Virus record (IMG/VR): IMGVR_UViG_3300046003_005296
Span: 1-54,097 of that record
Origin: a virus
Lineage: Duplodnaviria > Caudoviricetes
Reading direction: 5' to 3' (one strand)
DNA length: 54,097 nt
Shown here: positions 39,462-50,510 of the stretch, one piece after another
Numbering within the stretch: the stretch's first letter is position 1
How the letters are laid out: each line of letters opens with the position of its first letter
Made by a program: the position numbers and the translations under genes
Notes under the pieces: generated by a model
Told to the model about the DNA's origin: nothing
Database searches by the model: none
Seen by the model: only the letters and a program-made list of their open reading frames with translations

Positions 39462-39471
39462 ACTGTTCTGG

Positions 39472-39500
39472 TTGGATAATTGAAATGAATTTCATATAAT
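39472..39500 (+). promoter_or_regulatory. Class I promoter TTGGAT-N17-TATAAT
   Basis: 39472-39477 and 39495-39500. Confidence 0.7.
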
Positions 39501-39519
39501 ATATAAAAATAAAAGAGCT

Positions 39520-41592
39520 ATGAGTATTATCGACAAAATCATTAATGGCAAGTATACAAGCAATCAAGCATCTAGCTTTTGGATGGATGACTTTGATACA
39601 GATTTCAAACGCGAGTCTGGTGTTGATTATACTAAATTAGCAGCAACTCAACGAGCAATTGGTAACTTTGTTAATATTGTTACCGGCAAACAAATTCCAG
39701 TAGTATTTCAAAGTTCAGATAACAGCTATACAGATGGTGAGCGAGTTGTTATTGGCACTAAATTGGATAACGACAATTTTGATTCTGCAGTAGGATTAGC
39801 ATTGCATGAAGGCTCGCATATTGCATTAACAAACTTTGATATATTCAAACGACCAGATGGTAGCCATGCATATAGCTTAAACCAAACACAAATGGCTGAG
39901 CGTGTAATGCTTCGTGGATTAGATCCAGATATGCAAATGACCAATGAAGATTATGCCATCATCAAAGATCTTTTAAATTGGATTGAAGACCGTCGCATTG
40001 ACTTTTATATCTATAAGACAGCTCCTGGATACCGTATGTATTATGAAGCAATGTATGATAAGTATTTCAATGACAAAGTAATTGACAAAGCTCTTAAGAA
40101 GAATGAAAAAACGCAAGAGACTTTAGATGATTATTTATTCCACATCATTAACTTCACTAATCCAAATCGTAACTTGTCAGCATTAGAAAGGCTCCGTGAA
40201 GTATGGAACCTTATTGATTTGAAAAATATCGATCGTTTGAAATCAACTCGTGATGCATTGGATGTTGCTATTGATGCTTATGTTATTATTAATAAGGCGG
40301 CTAAAGAAGCTGAGCAACAACAGCAAACACAAATAGCTGCAGCAAGCGATAGTGCTGGCCAAAGTGGTGATGGCGATGGTGATCCTGGAGATGATGGTGT
40401 TGAAGTTGGTCCAGAAGCTAGCGATGAAGAAGGAGACAATGGCGTTCCTGCTAGCGCTAGCCAATCTCAATTATCAAGCAGAGAGCAAAAGCAATTGGAA
40501 AAGGCAATTGAGCAACAACGAAAATTTGTGAATGGTACCGTTAAAAAGACAGGTAAGCTCACAAAGACACAAGCATCCACAGTAAATGCTATCCGAGAAG
40601 CCGGCACAGAGACAGTGCAAGTAGCAACAGGCGCAGGTGAAACTGACATTGTTGATGCTATTGTTATCAAGAAGTTTACTCCTGGTATCACAGCAGCAAT
40701 GCCTGGCTTGTTTGCTTCGTATGCAGACGATTACCTAACCGGTACGAAAAGTTATGCAGAAGATGTATTAAAAGACTCATACAGAACTCGAGGCATACAC
40801 GAAACGGATCAAGCAGTATTGCGAGGCATTGTATTAGGCAAGCAATTAGGTAAAAAGCTTCAGCTTCGTAATGCAGATCGCAGCTTGAAAAGTACACGAC
40901 TTGAGACTGGTAAGATTGATAGACGATTGATTTCTCAATTAGGATACAATAATGCAAATGTATTCCACCGCATTGTAACAGATCGTTTCAAGAATTATTT
41001 CATTCACATTTCAATTGATGCATCTGGATCAATGGGTGGACCTAAATTTAGAAATGCTCTTACCTCAGCAGTAGCAGTGGCGCAGGCAGCATCTATGACG
41101 ACAGGTATCCGAGTGCAGATTTCATTGCGAGGTACATATACCTTTGATAATGCCGGCGAACGCGCAGTAACGATTTATGCATATGATTCTGCAAAGGATA
41201 AGATGAACAAGATCCGCACAATGTTCCGTTACTTGGATGTCTATGGATGTACCCCAGAAGGCATTGCTTTCAAGAGTATTGAGAAATACATCAAAGCTGA
41301 TGCAAAGGGTGATGAATGCATCTTTGTGAATTACTCAGATGGTGAGCCTACAAGTGTTAGAGGTACAGGACATTATTACAATGGTGTTGACTTTACCCGT
41401 CGAGTAGTTAATAACTTCCGCGAAAATGGAATCAATGTAGTTAGTTACTTTATCAAAGACGGCTACATGTATGAATCGACAGTAGACAATTTCCGCAAAA
41501 TGTATGGACCTGATGCTCAATTCATTAATCCAGAAAGCATGACCGAAGTATCAAAAACTTTGAATAAAAAGTTCTTGGAAATTGCAATCTAA
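39520..41592 (+). CDS. VWA-domain protein with an N-terminal HExxH domain (MoxR partner)
   Basis: LHEGSH, NWIEDRRID, acidic linker, MIDAS DASGSM, TP, SDGEP. Confidence 0.85.
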   Translation: MSIIDKIINGKYTSNQASSFWMDDFDTDFKRESGVDYTKLAATQRAIGNFVNIVTGKQIPVVFQSSDNSYTDGERVVIGTKLDNDNFDSAVGLALHEGSHIALTNFDIFKRPDGSHAYSLNQTQMAERVMLRGLDPDMQMTNEDYAIIKDLLNWIEDRRIDFYIYKTAPGYRMYYEAMYDKYFNDKVIDKALKKNEKTQETLDDYLFHIINFTNPNRNLSALERLREVWNLIDLKNIDRLKSTRDALDVAIDAYVIINKAAKEAEQQQQTQIAAASDSAGQSGDGDGDPGDDGVEVGPEASDEEGDNGVPASASQSQLSSREQKQLEKAIEQQRKFVNGTVKKTGKLTKTQASTVNAIREAGTETVQVATGAGETDIVDAIVIKKFTPGITAAMPGLFASYADDYLTGTKSYAEDVLKDSYRTRGIHETDQAVLRGIVLGKQLGKKLQLRNADRSLKSTRLETGKIDRRLISQLGYNNANVFHRIVTDRFKNYFIHISIDASGSMGGPKFRNALTSAVAVAQAASMTTGIRVQISLRGTYTFDNAGERAVTIYAYDSAKDKMNKIRTMFRYLDVYGCTPEGIAFKSIEKYIKADAKGDECIFVNYSDGEPTSVRGTGHYYNGVDFTRRVVNNFRENGINVVSYFIKDGYMYESTVDNFRKMYGPDAQFINPESMTEVSKTLNKKFLEIAI

Positions 41593-41618
41593 ATATTTAT
41601 ATTAAATAAAAGTTATAA

Positions 41619-43247
<1,629 letters not shown>

Positions 43248-43249
43248 TC

Positions 43250-43459
43250 ATGAAGACGTTCGCGAAAAAATATTTCGAAGTTGGGCCGGTGGAAGATATC
43301 CATCGGTCCATGGACGTTGTAACATATGTATTACATGAAGCAGACGATTACGGAATAACAGTTGAAGTAGTTACAGAAGCATTACGCGTAATGAAAGAAA
43401 ATCCTAAAATGCAAATATCAGACGCAGTTGTTTTAGGTTTAGAAAAATATATTAGATGA
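43250..43459 (+). CDS. Hypothetical protein
   Basis: 69 aa, tightly packed after groL; not GroES-like. Confidence 0.65.
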   Translation: MKTFAKKYFEVGPVEDIHRSMDVVTYVLHEADDYGITVEVVTEALRVMKENPKMQISDAVVLGLEKYIR

Positions 43460-43698
43460 AACCAGTATATAAACATGGCGATAATGCATACATTGTATTA
43501 GATCAAAAACTAATATCTCATTTTGCAAAAAAATTAGATGAAGAACCTGATATGGATCATGTACAATTATATATGCAATGGCGTAACTGCGATCATGTAT
43601 TACGATCGAATACTCACTTTTTATTTTGTGAAACAATAAAAGATGCTGAATATGTTGAAATGGACAAGTCTAGTGATATTGAGTGCTTGGATAATTGA
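43456..43698 (+). CDS. Hypothetical protein
   Basis: 80 aa, ATGA overlap. Confidence 0.65.
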   Translation: MKPVYKHGDNAYIVLDQKLISHFAKKLDEEPDMDHVQLYMQWRNCDHVLRSNTHFLFCETIKDAEYVEMDKSSDIECLDN

Positions 43699-43736
43699 AT
43701 TATGCTGGCTCGGATATCACGTAATAAAGTATAAAA

Positions 43737-43910
43737 ATGAAAATTAGATTTTACTCGCACAACACCATGGGAGGTGGATTTACGCAAATGGCTCTTTGGC
43801 CTACATTGTTTATAACACATAACAAAATATCCCGCAATGTAAGATTGCTTTGCTTAAGTGCTAGCATATTGTTTTGGGATCTTGGTTTCACCGTAGAATG
43901 GTCAAAATGA
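43737..43910 (+). CDS. 57-aa hypothetical protein (absent from the ORF track)
   Basis: MKIRFYSHNTMGGG...FTVEWSK*; its stop overlaps the thyA ATG (ATGA). Confidence 0.55.
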   Translation: MKIRFYSHNTMGGGFTQMALWPTLFITHNKISRNVRLLCLSASILFWDLGFTVEWSK

Positions 43911-44980
43911 ATAATATAGAACATGACTACCTAAAATTACTCCACGACATTTTAACTAATGGAGTAAAAAAACAAGACCGCACGGGTACTGGTACTCGTT
44001 CAGTATTTGGAAGACAGATTCGACATGATATGAGTTTAGGCTTTCCTCTATTGACTACAAAGAAGATGCCATTTAAAACAATTGTAACTGAATTGTTATG
44101 GTTCCTTCGCGGTGATACAAACATCAAGTTTCTTGTTGATAATAATTGTCATATTTGGGACGGAGATGCTTATAAGAATTATTTAGAAGAAACCCAACAT
44201 GAAGCATCTTATACAAAAGAAGAGTTTATCAATCTTATCAAAACTGATAAAAATTGGGCAATGGTATGGGGTGAGTTAGGACCTATATATGGATATCAAT
44301 GGCGCGATTGGGGAAGTCGATACGAAACCAACCGCATATTAGGTACACGTATCAAACGCAAACCGGGCATTGATCAAATACAAAAACTAATACAAGATCT
44401 TAAAACAAATCCAGACTCAAGACGATTGATGGTTAATGCTTGGAATGTAGGTGAATTAGACCAAATGGTTCTCCCACCTTGTCATTACGGATTCCAAGTT
44501 TATACAAGAGAATTGAGTTTAGAAGAGAGATATAAAATAGTATTTCCAATATGGAAAGAAAAATATGGTCCATTAGCTGATATGATGGTTCCAACTAATA
44601 TAGATAACACACCTTATAAAATACCAACAAGAGCAATTTCTTTAATGTGGAACCAACGTTCAGTAGATACGCCACTTGGTTTACCATTTAATATTGCTTC
44701 TTATGCTTTATTGTTAGAAATGTTAGCTCGAGAAACAAATATGGTTGCAGATGAGTTGATTGGCAATTTAGGTGACTGTCACGTTTATTTAGATCAGCAA
44801 GATGGTGTTCGAGAACAATTAACACGCTCTCCAATGGCTTTAGGACAGTTGGTTGTGAATGATGAATTCTGGAATCCGGATATGAGTTTGTTTGATCAAA
44901 TTGAACATATTCAACCTACGGACTTTTATGTTGAAGAGTATCAATCGCATCCAGCAATTAAATTCCCTTTATCAAATTAG
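43907..44980 (+). CDS. thyA: Thymidylate synthase
   Basis: DRTGTGT, FPLLTTKK, ELLWFL, LGPIYG.QWR, LPPCH, QRSVD..LGLPFNIASY; start refined to ATG 43907. Confidence 0.97.
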   Translation: MNNIEHDYLKLLHDILTNGVKKQDRTGTGTRSVFGRQIRHDMSLGFPLLTTKKMPFKTIVTELLWFLRGDTNIKFLVDNNCHIWDGDAYKNYLEETQHEASYTKEEFINLIKTDKNWAMVWGELGPIYGYQWRDWGSRYETNRILGTRIKRKPGIDQIQKLIQDLKTNPDSRRLMVNAWNVGELDQMVLPPCHYGFQVYTRELSLEERYKIVFPIWKEKYGPLADMMVPTNIDNTPYKIPTRAISLMWNQRSVDTPLGLPFNIASYALLLEMLARETNMVADELIGNLGDCHVYLDQQDGVREQLTRSPMALGQLVVNDEFWNPDMSLFDQIEHIQPTDFYVEEYQSHPAIKFPLSN

Positions 44981-44983
44981 ATT

Positions 44984-45592
44984 ATGAATTTTAAAATAAA
45001 TAAAAATCCAAATCCTAGATTCTACGTTGTAGATGATTTCTATGAATCTCCATCTCTTGTAAGAGACTTTGCATTGCAACAAGCCTATTATGAAGATCAA
45101 GGAGCAGTAGGGTTAAGAACTTCAGAACAATTTCTATTCGATGGATTGAAAGAACGTTTCGAAGAAATCATTGGGCGAGAAATACCTAATCATAATGAAA
45201 CGGGGTTTGGTTGGTATGATAAAGGTATTAATGGTAGATTTCAATCATGTAAAGCAGGCGTGCCATCAGTATTTCATTGTGATACTCAAAAATGGGCCGG
45301 AGTTATTTATTTAACACCCGATGCTCCGCCTCAAGCAGGTACAAGTTTTTATAGACATAAAGAAACTAAAAAAAGACATTCGTCTGAAATTAATTGGGAA
45401 AGGGGCGAAGGATTAAAAGTATTTAATCAACATACCTTCTTAGATGCATCACCTTATGAACGAGTAGATATGGTTGGAAATGTTTTTAACCGCTTAGTTA
45501 TTTTTGATGGCAATTTAATTCATTCAGGTCATGATTACTTTGGATGGGATATTGCGTCTAGTAGATTATTTCAAATATTTTTCTTTGATTAG
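44984..45592 (+). CDS. 2OG-Fe(II) oxygenase-like protein (DUF6445-like)
   Basis: VVDDFY, HCD (HxD), GVIYL, GTSFY, FNRL, H, RLFQIFF. Confidence 0.75.
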   Translation: MNFKINKNPNPRFYVVDDFYESPSLVRDFALQQAYYEDQGAVGLRTSEQFLFDGLKERFEEIIGREIPNHNETGFGWYDKGINGRFQSCKAGVPSVFHCDTQKWAGVIYLTPDAPPQAGTSFYRHKETKKRHSSEINWERGEGLKVFNQHTFLDASPYERVDMVGNVFNRLVIFDGNLIHSGHDYFGWDIASSRLFQIFFFD

Positions 45593-45595
45593 ATT

Positions 45596-45997
45596 ATGGA
45601 ATTATTAAATACACATCCTATTAAAAAAAGCGATTTAGGGTTTCATGGAAATCTATTTGGCGGTAAATTATTGAGTTGGATCGATGCATCAGCTGCAGGA
45701 TATTCAATGCAATTATGTGATACACCCCGCATGGTAACAGTATCAATCGATCAATGTAACTTTGAACGTCCTGCAAAGGAATCGCAGTTATTAAAGATAT
45801 ATGGATATCCTAAACGAGTTGGCAACACTTCAATGACATTGTACATGGAAGCCCGAGCACACAATGTTTATACTGGCAAACAAGATTTAGTATTAAAGAC
45901 TCATATAACATTTGTTCAAATTGATGAAGGTGGCAATTCAATTCCATTGGGCGAAAAAGCTAAAAAACGAATAATGGATATGTTAGAAAGTAAATAA
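45596..45997 (+). CDS. Acyl-CoA thioesterase (hotdog fold)
   Basis: HGNLFGGKLLSWID, VTVSID, VGNTSM, TFVQID. Confidence 0.88.
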   Translation: MELLNTHPIKKSDLGFHGNLFGGKLLSWIDASAAGYSMQLCDTPRMVTVSIDQCNFERPAKESQLLKIYGYPKRVGNTSMTLYMEARAHNVYTGKQDLVLKTHITFVQIDEGGNSIPLGEKAKKRIMDMLESK

Positions 45998-46014
45998 TTT
46001 ATCTTTCCTGTTTG

Positions 46015-46022
46015 ATATTTAT
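46015..46022 (+). promoter_or_regulatory. Class II motif ATATTTAT heading the exported-protein operon
   Basis: Intergenic, followed by an AGGAG RBS and ATG 46051. Confidence 0.55.
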
Positions 46023-46050
46023 TATTGAACATTAAAAAAGGAGAGAATAA

Positions 46051-47964
46051 ATGAAAAAACTAACAAGTTTATTAACAATCCTTGCTGTTACATTAATTAC
46101 ATCAGTTACATTAGCCCAAGCACCTATAGCACCAGGTAATGGTATTTATGGTTTAATCCATGCAGAATATCAAGTGGCACCAACATCGCAAGGAACAACT
46201 ACTGCAAACATTACGTTGCAGAACACTACATTAACAAAATACACTGCAACACAATTCCGGGTATTTTATGACAATGTAGCATTTACAAATGCAACGGTTG
46301 CATTAATTGGTTCAACTACGAACTTAGATTTACAGTATGTAACTAATACTGCAAATGGTTATATTACAATTACTTTAGTATATACGGGTGCGTTATCTAC
46401 ATATACTTTAGCTAATGGGGAACGATTTGCAATTACCTTTACACACGCAGCCCCAGCAATATTTAATAACTTAGCATCAATTACGCCATTGACTTGGACA
46501 GGAACTCAAACCTTCCAACAATATGCTGCAACTGGAGCTGGTATTGATACTACATTGAATTTGCATAACTATGGCGGTGAATTCATTTTACCTACATTTA
46601 CATTTGCAGGAACATTTACTAACGTAACTGGTACTGGTGCTAAAGATTTACCATTAGCATTACAAACTCGTCCAGCCGGCGGATCTACTTGGACTCAACA
46701 TTCAACTTATTTAACTGATGTGAATGGTGATTTTGATTTCACAGTTAACTTAGATACAACTTATTGGGATGTCCGTTTAGCAATTCAAGGTGATACAATG
46801 GGAGTAGGTAACATTATTTCTGCTACCGATGCACAATTAATTAATCAATGGGTATTAGGGCAAGGAACAATGACTGGCTTTGATTATTATGCAGCAGACG
46901 TAAATGAATCTGATAATGTTACAATTACAGATGCATATGGCGTATTTAGTCGTGTAGCTGGCAACTTTACTCAATGGCCGAACAACGTTAAAGATATTAA
47001 ATTCTTTACCGCAACAGAATTTACAACTATTGATGGTTCTGCAACTAATTATACATCAACTATCCCAGGTGTAACTAACTTCACTTATGAGATTATTGCA
47101 GGTCAACCTTCATCAGTAACATATTATGTAGCTGTACCGGGTGATGCAAATGGTACTGGTTATCATATGGCACGTATGACTCCGATTGATATTTTAATTG
47201 ATCCTACTCCAGGTGTACCATCTCAGATTTATAATGTTATTGATAATACAGTTGAATATGATTTTCCAACTACATCGATCGAAGTAAATGTACCTTATTT
47301 GTCAGTGCAAGCTGGTAACTTGGTTGATATTCCAGTAACAGTTTACACAAATGGTGTAGAACTTAATTCATTGCAATTTGGATTTGATTATGATGAAACG
47401 GTATTAGAATTTAAAAACTTGTATTCAACATCAGCAGCAATGAAATGGTTAACATATGTTAATCCTAATGACGGAGAAATTCATTGGGGCGGTTATGATG
47501 CTACTGGTAATAATCCATTACAAGACAATACGGAAGTAGTTCGTTTACAATTCTTAGCATTACAACCTCAAGCTGCTTGGACAGAATCTCCAATTTGGAC
47601 AACTGAAAAATATGCTGGAAATACTGCGTCTAAAGACCTTGAGATTACTCCGACAAACGGTATATTGCAAGTAGTTAAAAGTTCAGTAGGCGGGGTTATT
47701 GATTTAAATACTGTTGAAATTTATCCAAATCCAGTAATAGATGATGTAACAATCACATTTAATGTAGAAAACGCATCTGCAGATGCACAATTAGCAGTTT
47801 ATGATTTGCAAGGAAGAAAAGTTGTAACAATATTATCAGGTCAGCTTCCTGCAGGACAATACACATATGTTAAGAATTTAGGACGATTAGCTCCTGGAAT
47901 GTATGTATTAAGTTTGTCTACTGAAACAAATGGCCCGATAGTAGAAAAATTAATAAAGGATTAA
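46051..47964 (+). CDS. Secreted protein with cohesin-like and dockerin-like domains and a T9SS C-terminal sorting domain
   Basis: Signal peptide; ADVNESDNVTITDA (dockerin-like); VDIPVTV...SLQFGFDYDETVLEF (cohesin-like); IYPNP...YDLQG...GMYVL...KLIK (T9SS type A CTD). Confidence 0.8.
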   Translation: MKKLTSLLTILAVTLITSVTLAQAPIAPGNGIYGLIHAEYQVAPTSQGTTTANITLQNTTLTKYTATQFRVFYDNVAFTNATVALIGSTTNLDLQYVTNTANGYITITLVYTGALSTYTLANGERFAITFTHAAPAIFNNLASITPLTWTGTQTFQQYAATGAGIDTTLNLHNYGGEFILPTFTFAGTFTNVTGTGAKDLPLALQTRPAGGSTWTQHSTYLTDVNGDFDFTVNLDTTYWDVRLAIQGDTMGVGNIISATDAQLINQWVLGQGTMTGFDYYAADVNESDNVTITDAYGVFSRVAGNFTQWPNNVKDIKFFTATEFTTIDGSATNYTSTIPGVTNFTYEIIAGQPSSVTYYVAVPGDANGTGYHMARMTPIDILIDPTPGVPSQIYNVIDNTVEYDFPTTSIEVNVPYLSVQAGNLVDIPVTVYTNGVELNSLQFGFDYDETVLEFKNLYSTSAAMKWLTYVNPNDGEIHWGGYDATGNNPLQDNTEVVRLQFLALQPQAAWTESPIWTTEKYAGNTASKDLEITPTNGILQVVKSSVGGVIDLNTVEIYPNPVIDDVTITFNVENASADAQLAVYDLQGRKVVTILSGQLPAGQYTYVKNLGRLAPGMYVLSLSTETNGPIVEKLIKD

Positions 47965-47965
47965 T

Positions 47966-48286
47966 ATGTCAGAAGAAATGAATGATGGATCATGGGGTGG
48001 TCTTAAGAAGACTATCGTTGGAACATTAGGCACGGTTGTAGCTGGTGGCGGAACTTGGTTAGGTGTAACTTTATTCGGTGGGCACGAAGACGAGCCGAAA
48101 GAAGAAACTAAAACGGAGCAAGCTGCTCCGGCACCTGTAGTTGTAAATGTACAACAAAATCAAGAAAACAAACAAAAGGTTGATAATAGCGGTAGTAACA
48201 AACGAACAGTTATTTATGAAAATCATCCGCCAAAGGATATTACCGAACCTGAGAAACCTAAAAAAGTAGAAGAAGAGTCATGGTAA
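47966..48286 (+). CDS. Small single-TM protein
   Basis: Gly-rich hydrophobic N-terminal helix and a low-complexity tail. Confidence 0.65.
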   Translation: MSEEMNDGSWGGLKKTIVGTLGTVVAGGGTWLGVTLFGGHEDEPKEETKTEQAAPAPVVVNVQQNQENKQKVDNSGSNKRTVIYENHPPKDITEPEKPKKVEEESW

Positions 48287-49008
48287 GATTACTTCCATTA
48301 TTATTATTTGTGTTAGGGCTGGCTTCTTGTAAGTCAGCCTCAGCACAAGGTATAGGATCTGTTAAGACAGAACAATACCAAGCTGAGTTTGAAAAGAAAC
48401 AAAGCATTGATGCTGTAGCTGATTATGATGGTGCAGTACAAATTCCAATTCAGGTATTGAAAATTGGAATTAATGAAGAACTTTATGAAATGTATCCTGA
48501 ACTTAAAGATAAACGAGTAGGTTTGGGTGTTGCAAACATTGTGTTAGAATATTTAGAATATACTAATCGCTTTGTGTTTACTGAAGAAAAAGAAGAAATT
48601 AAGCAACGAATGATTGCTCAAGATAAAGCATCTGATAAAGGTATATCGCAAAATAAAATTGATGTTAAAGGCAATGTTATATTAGCTAAATACTTTGTAT
48701 ACATTGAAGTATATGATTTTTCAGTATCAGAAGATGAAGTAGTTAAAATAGATGGCAAGCAAACTGTTACTCAAACAACACGTTTAGGTTTGCAAGTTAA
48801 ATTTGTCGATGCTGAGACTGGCCAGGTGATAATGGGTTCGGGTTTAGGTGAAGCAAGCACAGTAAAAATGTCATCAATTTTAGGAGATGTAACAGATGAA
48901 GTTAAGTTCAATCAATCTACCATAGGTATCAGCACCAAAAAAGCACTTGAGACGGCTTCAAGTCGAATTGTTAGCAGAATGATTACCAAAGGTATATTTA
49001 CGCATTGA
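48280..49008 (+). CDS. CsgG-like lipoprotein
   Basis: Lipobox LASC; L..TNRF...E, V..VDAETG.VI pattern of the CsgG/TolB-N-like family. Confidence 0.65.
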   Translation: MVRLLPLLLFVLGLASCKSASAQGIGSVKTEQYQAEFEKKQSIDAVADYDGAVQIPIQVLKIGINEELYEMYPELKDKRVGLGVANIVLEYLEYTNRFVFTEEKEEIKQRMIAQDKASDKGISQNKIDVKGNVILAKYFVYIEVYDFSVSEDEVVKIDGKQTVTQTTRLGLQVKFVDAETGQVIMGSGLGEASTVKMSSILGDVTDEVKFNQSTIGISTKKALETASSRIVSRMITKGIFTH

Positions 49009-50510
49009 GACTTAAATTATTCATATTAATATTTATTAGTGTATTTGTTAGTTTAGCATATGCACAAACCTATAATTATAGTTACACAGATCCCTGCACA
49101 GGAAACCTTAAAACAATAATTGTACCAATTAATGGCGATGTAACAGTTGGCTACTATGGAGAAATTGGAACATTTAGTTACGCAGATTTCACTGATGGCA
49201 CATTTGAAACATGGACTAGTAACATATTTGATCAATATGGTCAAGATTCTCCATGTGCAACAATTGTAGGTATCGGTACTGCAGTTACTGTTACTCAAAA
49301 TACTACATTCACTGTATTAGGTATTTTGAATTCACTATCAGCAATTGCAGACATTGCAAGTAGCGGAACATCAAATATATTAGGCGGATCAATTGGATCA
49401 ATAAGTAATGGGTCCGGATCTGAAGGTAATAACGACAATAAAGAAAACAAGGATAAAAATGGCAACGACAATGGCAATAATAACAGTAATGCTAATAATA
49501 GCAATAGCAGTAATGTCAATGGTGGCAGTAATGGCAACCAGACGTCAGGACAAGCTAACGGCGAAACTGTACAAGGAACATCATCAGAGACAACAAGCAC
49601 AGAAAATCCATCAGGAAGTGAAGGAACAAGTACAGAGGGGTCTGCAGCGGAACAAGGAAATGTTGGAGGCACAGGGCAAGAAAGTGGTACCGAAACCACA
49701 TCCGGAGAGCAAACAACTAGTGTTGGAGGAAGTGGTTCGGGATCAGAAACCGGTAGCCAAGAAACACAAACCCAGACGCAAGAACCGTCAGAAGGCGAAG
49801 GCAAAACAAATATAACACAAGGTGCTACTACTACTACAAAGAATGCTCCAAGCAAATCAGAGGGAGGGAAACCTAGTGTAGTAGCATCTAGTGACTTTGT
49901 TGGGTTCAACTTTAGAAACTCGGAAGTACGAACTGGTGCAAAAGCAACTGGCGGTTATACTGCTTTGCGTTGGGATGGTCAAAGAAGTTGGGGTGCATTA
50001 GCAGATTACACTACGGCGCTCAAAGGACCAAATATTACAGGATTTTATGCATGGATCAAACCAAAGTCAGTAACATTATTATCAGGTACTGCTACAATTG
50101 GGTTTGATGGTAACAAATCATTGTATGGTACAATTGCAGCAGGCCAAATGTTTACGTTTAAGAAAGCTCCTAAACTTAAAGCAGTATACATGGGAACCGT
50201 ATCATATGGTCAAATATTTCGAGAACAATTTATCGGAACAGCTGTAATTGCAGGTGCAATGTATGATCTTAAATTGGGTAAACGATTTGATTTAAAACTT
50301 ATGAATTTATTTGTATATGCTCCATATGTTTCTTATTACAATGATATAGTGTTAGCATCTCCATATGTAATGCTTCCATCAATTGGTACGAATGTTAGAA
50401 TCACAAAACGATTTAAATTCAATATCAATGCTGGAGGAGCCTGGGACTTGAAAACGGCAGCACTTAATTATACAGTGACAATGGGTACGAGGATAATGAT
50501 AGGACAATAA
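49005..50510 (+). CDS. Exported protein with a low-complexity linker and a predicted C-terminal beta-barrel
   Basis: Signal peptide (TTG start); N/S/G/T/E-rich linker at about 49420-49860; alternating beta-strands at the C-terminus. Confidence 0.6.
   Translation: MRLKLFILIFISVFVSLAYAQTYNYSYTDPCTGNLKTIIVPINGDVTVGYYGEIGTFSYADFTDGTFETWTSNIFDQYGQDSPCATIVGIGTAVTVTQNTTFTVLGILNSLSAIADIASSGTSNILGGSIGSISNGSGSEGNNDNKENKDKNGNDNGNNNSNANNSNSSNVNGGSNGNQTSGQANGETVQGTSSETTSTENPSGSEGTSTEGSAAEQGNVGGTGQESGTETTSGEQTTSVGGSGSGSETGSQETQTQTQEPSEGEGKTNITQGATTTTKNAPSKSEGGKPSVVASSDFVGFNFRNSEVRTGAKATGGYTALRWDGQRSWGALADYTTALKGPNITGFYAWIKPKSVTLLSGTATIGFDGNKSLYGTIAAGQMFTFKKAPKLKAVYMGTVSYGQIFREQFIGTAVIAGAMYDLKLGKRFDLKLMNLFVYAPYVSYYNDIVLASPYVMLPSIGTNVRITKRFKFNINAGGAWDLKTAALNYTVTMGTRIMIGQ

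Noticed and set aside
43250-43698. GroES candidates downstream of groL
   Set aside because: Neither ORF has the PLxDRV or mobile-loop GGI motifs
43687-43715. TTGGATAATTGAAT as a class I promoter
   Set aside because: No TATAAT-like box at 17-nt spacing
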